Below are positions 60,606 through 64,000 of a DNA stretch of 64,000 nt, piece by piece (position 1 is the stretch's first letter; every line of letters begins with the position of its first letter). The DNA comes from Octopus sinensis (Eukaryota). The notes under the pieces are model-generated. The model was given only the letters and a program-made list of their open reading frames with translations, was not told the origin of the DNA and did not search any database. The stretch covers positions 53,258,001-53,322,000 of the forward strand of contig NC_043006.1 of the NCBI RefSeq assembly GCF_006345805.1, in the 5' to 3' direction. A program made the position numbers and the translations under genes.

Positions 60606-62693
60606 TGCTAAGTGTTATCCAATAGATCGGAAATGGCCACTTGGAAGGTCTCCACGACGATGGAAAGAAGATTTGGTCATGCAATTTGGTTCAAGATGGA
60701 AAAGAATGGCATAATCAAGATAGAAATGGAATCACACTCTGACAAGCAGTGTATAACAGCATTTGATGGCCTGATCGATACTTTGATATATATTATCAAT
60801 CACATATACTTATCGTACATGCCTCGTGTAGGCTGTGGTGGAGAATACTCTCTCAAAGCGATGGGTTTTTAAAAAATCATAAGAGTCACAGACAGGCAAG
60901 ATAACTCACCCTCAATCCTATCTAGGAGTGATGGACATCGATGTTTCGCCATTTTTGTGGCTTGTTAACATCAGGTACCCGACCAGGATCGGAGGCGCAT
61001 CATTTCGCCAGTTCACGATTTACATGCCCACGGCGGGTAAAGCCTTGTGCGGGTATACCCGGACAATGCAATACGTAAGAATAAATTCAAATAAGAAATA
61101 GAAGCAGCACTAGTGTAATACATCAGGGATCAAGCTAATCAATGTGTTTTTTTTTTCAAAGTACTTCCAGTATCTGTGAAGTAAAGCATTCAAATTTTTT
61201 TTGGTGCATAGTTTAATTTCTGCAAGCGCCAGGAAGGTGTAATCGAATTGAATTCATGACTGGTATATATTTTAATAATAGTTGATAGAAGATTAAAAAA
61301 ATCATAATAATCAAAAGAATTGAGAAATCAATAATAGGCAATAGAACTGATAAAAACCGACATTATTAATTGTTTGAGAGGGCAAAAACCAAGTTTATTC
61401 CAGAAGAGGTGTTGCTGGTTAAACCCAAGTCAGTCTTGATTGAGCAGACTTCCTGTCTCTCTCTATTTTTTCTTCTTCTTTCAAGTGTTGTAAACTGTTG
61501 ACTATGTATCTTGTTCTTTGTTTCAGGATGAAAGCTTGTGCTCTGAGAGACAGTTGACAGCTACTTCTAACAAGTCTACTGACCATGTTAATATTGCTTT
61601 GTCGTCTTAAGTCCATCTCATGACAGTTATTGTGGTTTCACCCAATGTCAACCCTGATCGAGCAGACTGTATGTTTCTAGGACTATAATATCTCATGATT
61701 CCGTCCAGTTTAAGACAGGATTTGAGGGAGAATTAACTACTATATCAAGCACTCCGAAAGGCTGCTTTGACTAACTAACGCAATACATATTTGATCTACG
61801 CTGTGGAGAAATGGGGGTGCGACTAATTAATGGGAAACCCAGACTGTAATGGTCTATAAACATAGAACTTAATAGATGTACGTAACACCATACAGCCGTC
61901 TGCTGATGCTGCCAAACACACCGTTCTGTTGAGAAAATACGAGATTTCAGTTCACACAGCAACTAAATATTAAAACTAGTGTGTGATGACTTTAATACTT
62001 ATCTATCTATCGGTTTGTTTACTTATCTCTCACTACTTCTTTATCACTGCCTCTACCCACCCATCTCTCTTGTTCGTTCTTCTACCTACTTCTTAGTCCT
62101 CTCTCCTCCTATCACCACTATCTATCAACCTGCCAAAATTCGCCACGGTGTACCTCATTATACGAAAGAATTAACAAAATAACTGCCGCCGTTTGATCTT
62201 CCACATTCTCACTTCTCTACTGTTTTCGTCTCTCTCTCTCTTTCTCTCTTGCTCTCATCCCCCTCTCTCTCTCAATCTCTTTCTCTTCTTTCTCTTTCCC
62301 CCTCTGTCTACCTCTCTCTCCTTCTATCTATCTATCTTTCCCTATAGGTCTTGCATTAATATACTACCTTCTCTCCCAAGTGGTTTCACCCACTAATTAC
62401 ACGCGCATAACTACCAGCTAAACAAGGGAGTTTCCACGTTGCCGCTGGAAATAGCAACCAAATAATTGTCAAAATTATACCCTATTATCAATAAAAGGAA
62501 AGGAGCCCTAGATGATGTGATACTGGACACACTAAGGTCACTCATTATTTTTAAGAGGAGTATCATATATATATATATATTTACAAGGAAAATGTGTCAG
62601 TGATTTAGATGTTTCCCTTGTGTCGCAAACCCTACAGAAAATCACGGTTTCCCTGAGCATTTATGTAAGTGCTTCCTATCTCTCTTACTTCAC

Positions 62694-63222
62694 TCAGAAG
62701 CGCATGTTCAGAGCAGGCCCCTTCACACGAACCAAGCTCGCTACTCTCATCCACCTGTCAATAAATCTGCTAGAAGGGAGCACCTCCCTCTCCACTCTGA
62801 TCCGTCTCTTCAAGTGGAACCTGTAAAAGTTGATTAGAAATTCGCCAGAGGAAAGAGCCCGTCTTCAGCCCTTTCAGTATTGCCCACAACACAACCGCTT
62901 TCGCCATGGCCACTAGGCAGATGAAAACTGCCTGTCCTTCCCGATCAAAGGAAGAGCAATCTTAACAATAGACTCGGATGACAATGGACCAGATCTGTGT
63001 GACACGCGACAGCAAGTGCTCGACATAAGCCCACACATCAGAAATTGTCGGGTACTAGACGAGTGCGTGCAGAACGGTTTCATCGCTCTGCGCACATCTC
63101 GGGTAGCTCCGACTGACAGCACTTCCGTGCCTGTGGAGTTTCTCCCGAAGCAGCAACGCTCCCCGGGGAGCATTGCCAGGCCAGGGATATCTGAAAGTTA
63201 TCCATAGGCCACGGCCCGAAAG
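62694..63222 (-). pseudogene. Tx1-type LINE ORF2 C-terminal relic, second subfamily
   Basis: MDNFQISLAWQC / GALLLREKLHRHG..YPRCAQSDETVLHALV / FHLKRRIRVERE..RW aligns with the C-terminus of the 47308-50701 ORF2. Confidence 0.85.
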
Positions 63223-63795
63223 TACAAGAACATTTTTACTTAAAATATTGCAGCTAAGGATAAAATTTGAATATTAAAACTTATTTGATTTTAATTTACA
63301 AAGTAACATTTTAAGTAAAAAAGGTACCACCATTTTGTTAAAATATTGGCACACTAGAACACTCAAAGAATGAGAGCCAGAAGTATCATTATATCTGAAG
63401 TTTTATGCTAAGTAGACTAGTAAGCAAATTCAAGACTAAAAATGTGAAAACTTGGCAATAACTCAAGCAAATTTTACTGTGAATTTGTTGTTATAGGTAG
63501 ATTTTACTGTATATACAACTAATTTTTGTATTATTCTATTTATTGTGCTACTACTATTTTTAGAACCTATTTTCAAATTCCTAATTATTTAATAATAATT
63601 AAGAAAATGAATTTTTTTTAAGTGCAAAAAATATCTTAATTGGGTTATTTTTTTATTTTTAACAGAAGTAACAAGTAATAACTTGTTATACAATTTTTAG
63701 TTTTAACCAAAGCTAATATTTTCTGAATCTAAATATTTTATTTGAAATTTTATCCTTAGCTGCAATATTTAAAAAATTTTCTTCTTCTGTACTTT
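63219..63795. mobile_element. AT-rich MITE with ~60-bp inverted ends
   Basis: aaagtaca..aaatattgcagctaaggataaaattt mirrored at 63735-63795; truncates the adjacent LINE relic. Confidence 0.7.
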
Positions 63796-64000
63796 ACCAG
63801 ATGTAATAACTTGCTTGAACTTATCCAACTTGTCCTGTACTAGGTTTTTTTTGGTTATCTCACCCCCATTAAAAAATTGGGTTAGCTCTCCCGTTTTACG
63901 AGAAATATCGGTACTTTTGGTCATCTCCCTCAACTAAATGAATTGTTTAACCCCCAATAAAACAAAAAAAAAAGAAAAATGAAAAGTTAATAAACATGAA

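Overview
AT-rich, repeat-saturated animal DNA. The load of (AT)n/(CA)n/(TATG)n microsatellites and the tRNA-derived SINE families fit an octopus/coleoid cephalopod genome (inference, no database check). No host protein-coding gene can be confidently identified, and most ORF-track entries are microsatellite or SINE read-throughs. (1) The main structure is a 12.4-kb nested insertion at 39431-51849: a mariner deletion derivative contains a Helitron, which contains a relic Tx1-type ORF1, which is split at an ACCTG site by a head-to-tail array of four apparently full-length non-LTR units. Three units are ORF1-only and one is a near-intact autonomous Tx1/L1-group LINE, and all four share their termini. 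(2) The LINE's 3' terminal ~40 nt recurs as the tail of an abundant SINE in the same window, which suggests a SINE-LINE partnership. (3) At least six hammerhead ribozyme motifs occur in unrelated carriers, including a tRNA-headed SINE with an inverted tail and a 12-bp TSD, and a retrozyme-like 359-bp unit. Also present: a second Helitron with a PIF1 remnant, a hAT-like transposase relic with ~150-bp inverted ends, mariner/Tc1, Tigger-like and hAT MITEs, CR1/RTE/Tx1 fragments, foldback elements and a ~0.9-kb tandem duplication. All alignments and folds were done by eye, so boundaries are approximate unless a junction sequence is quoted.
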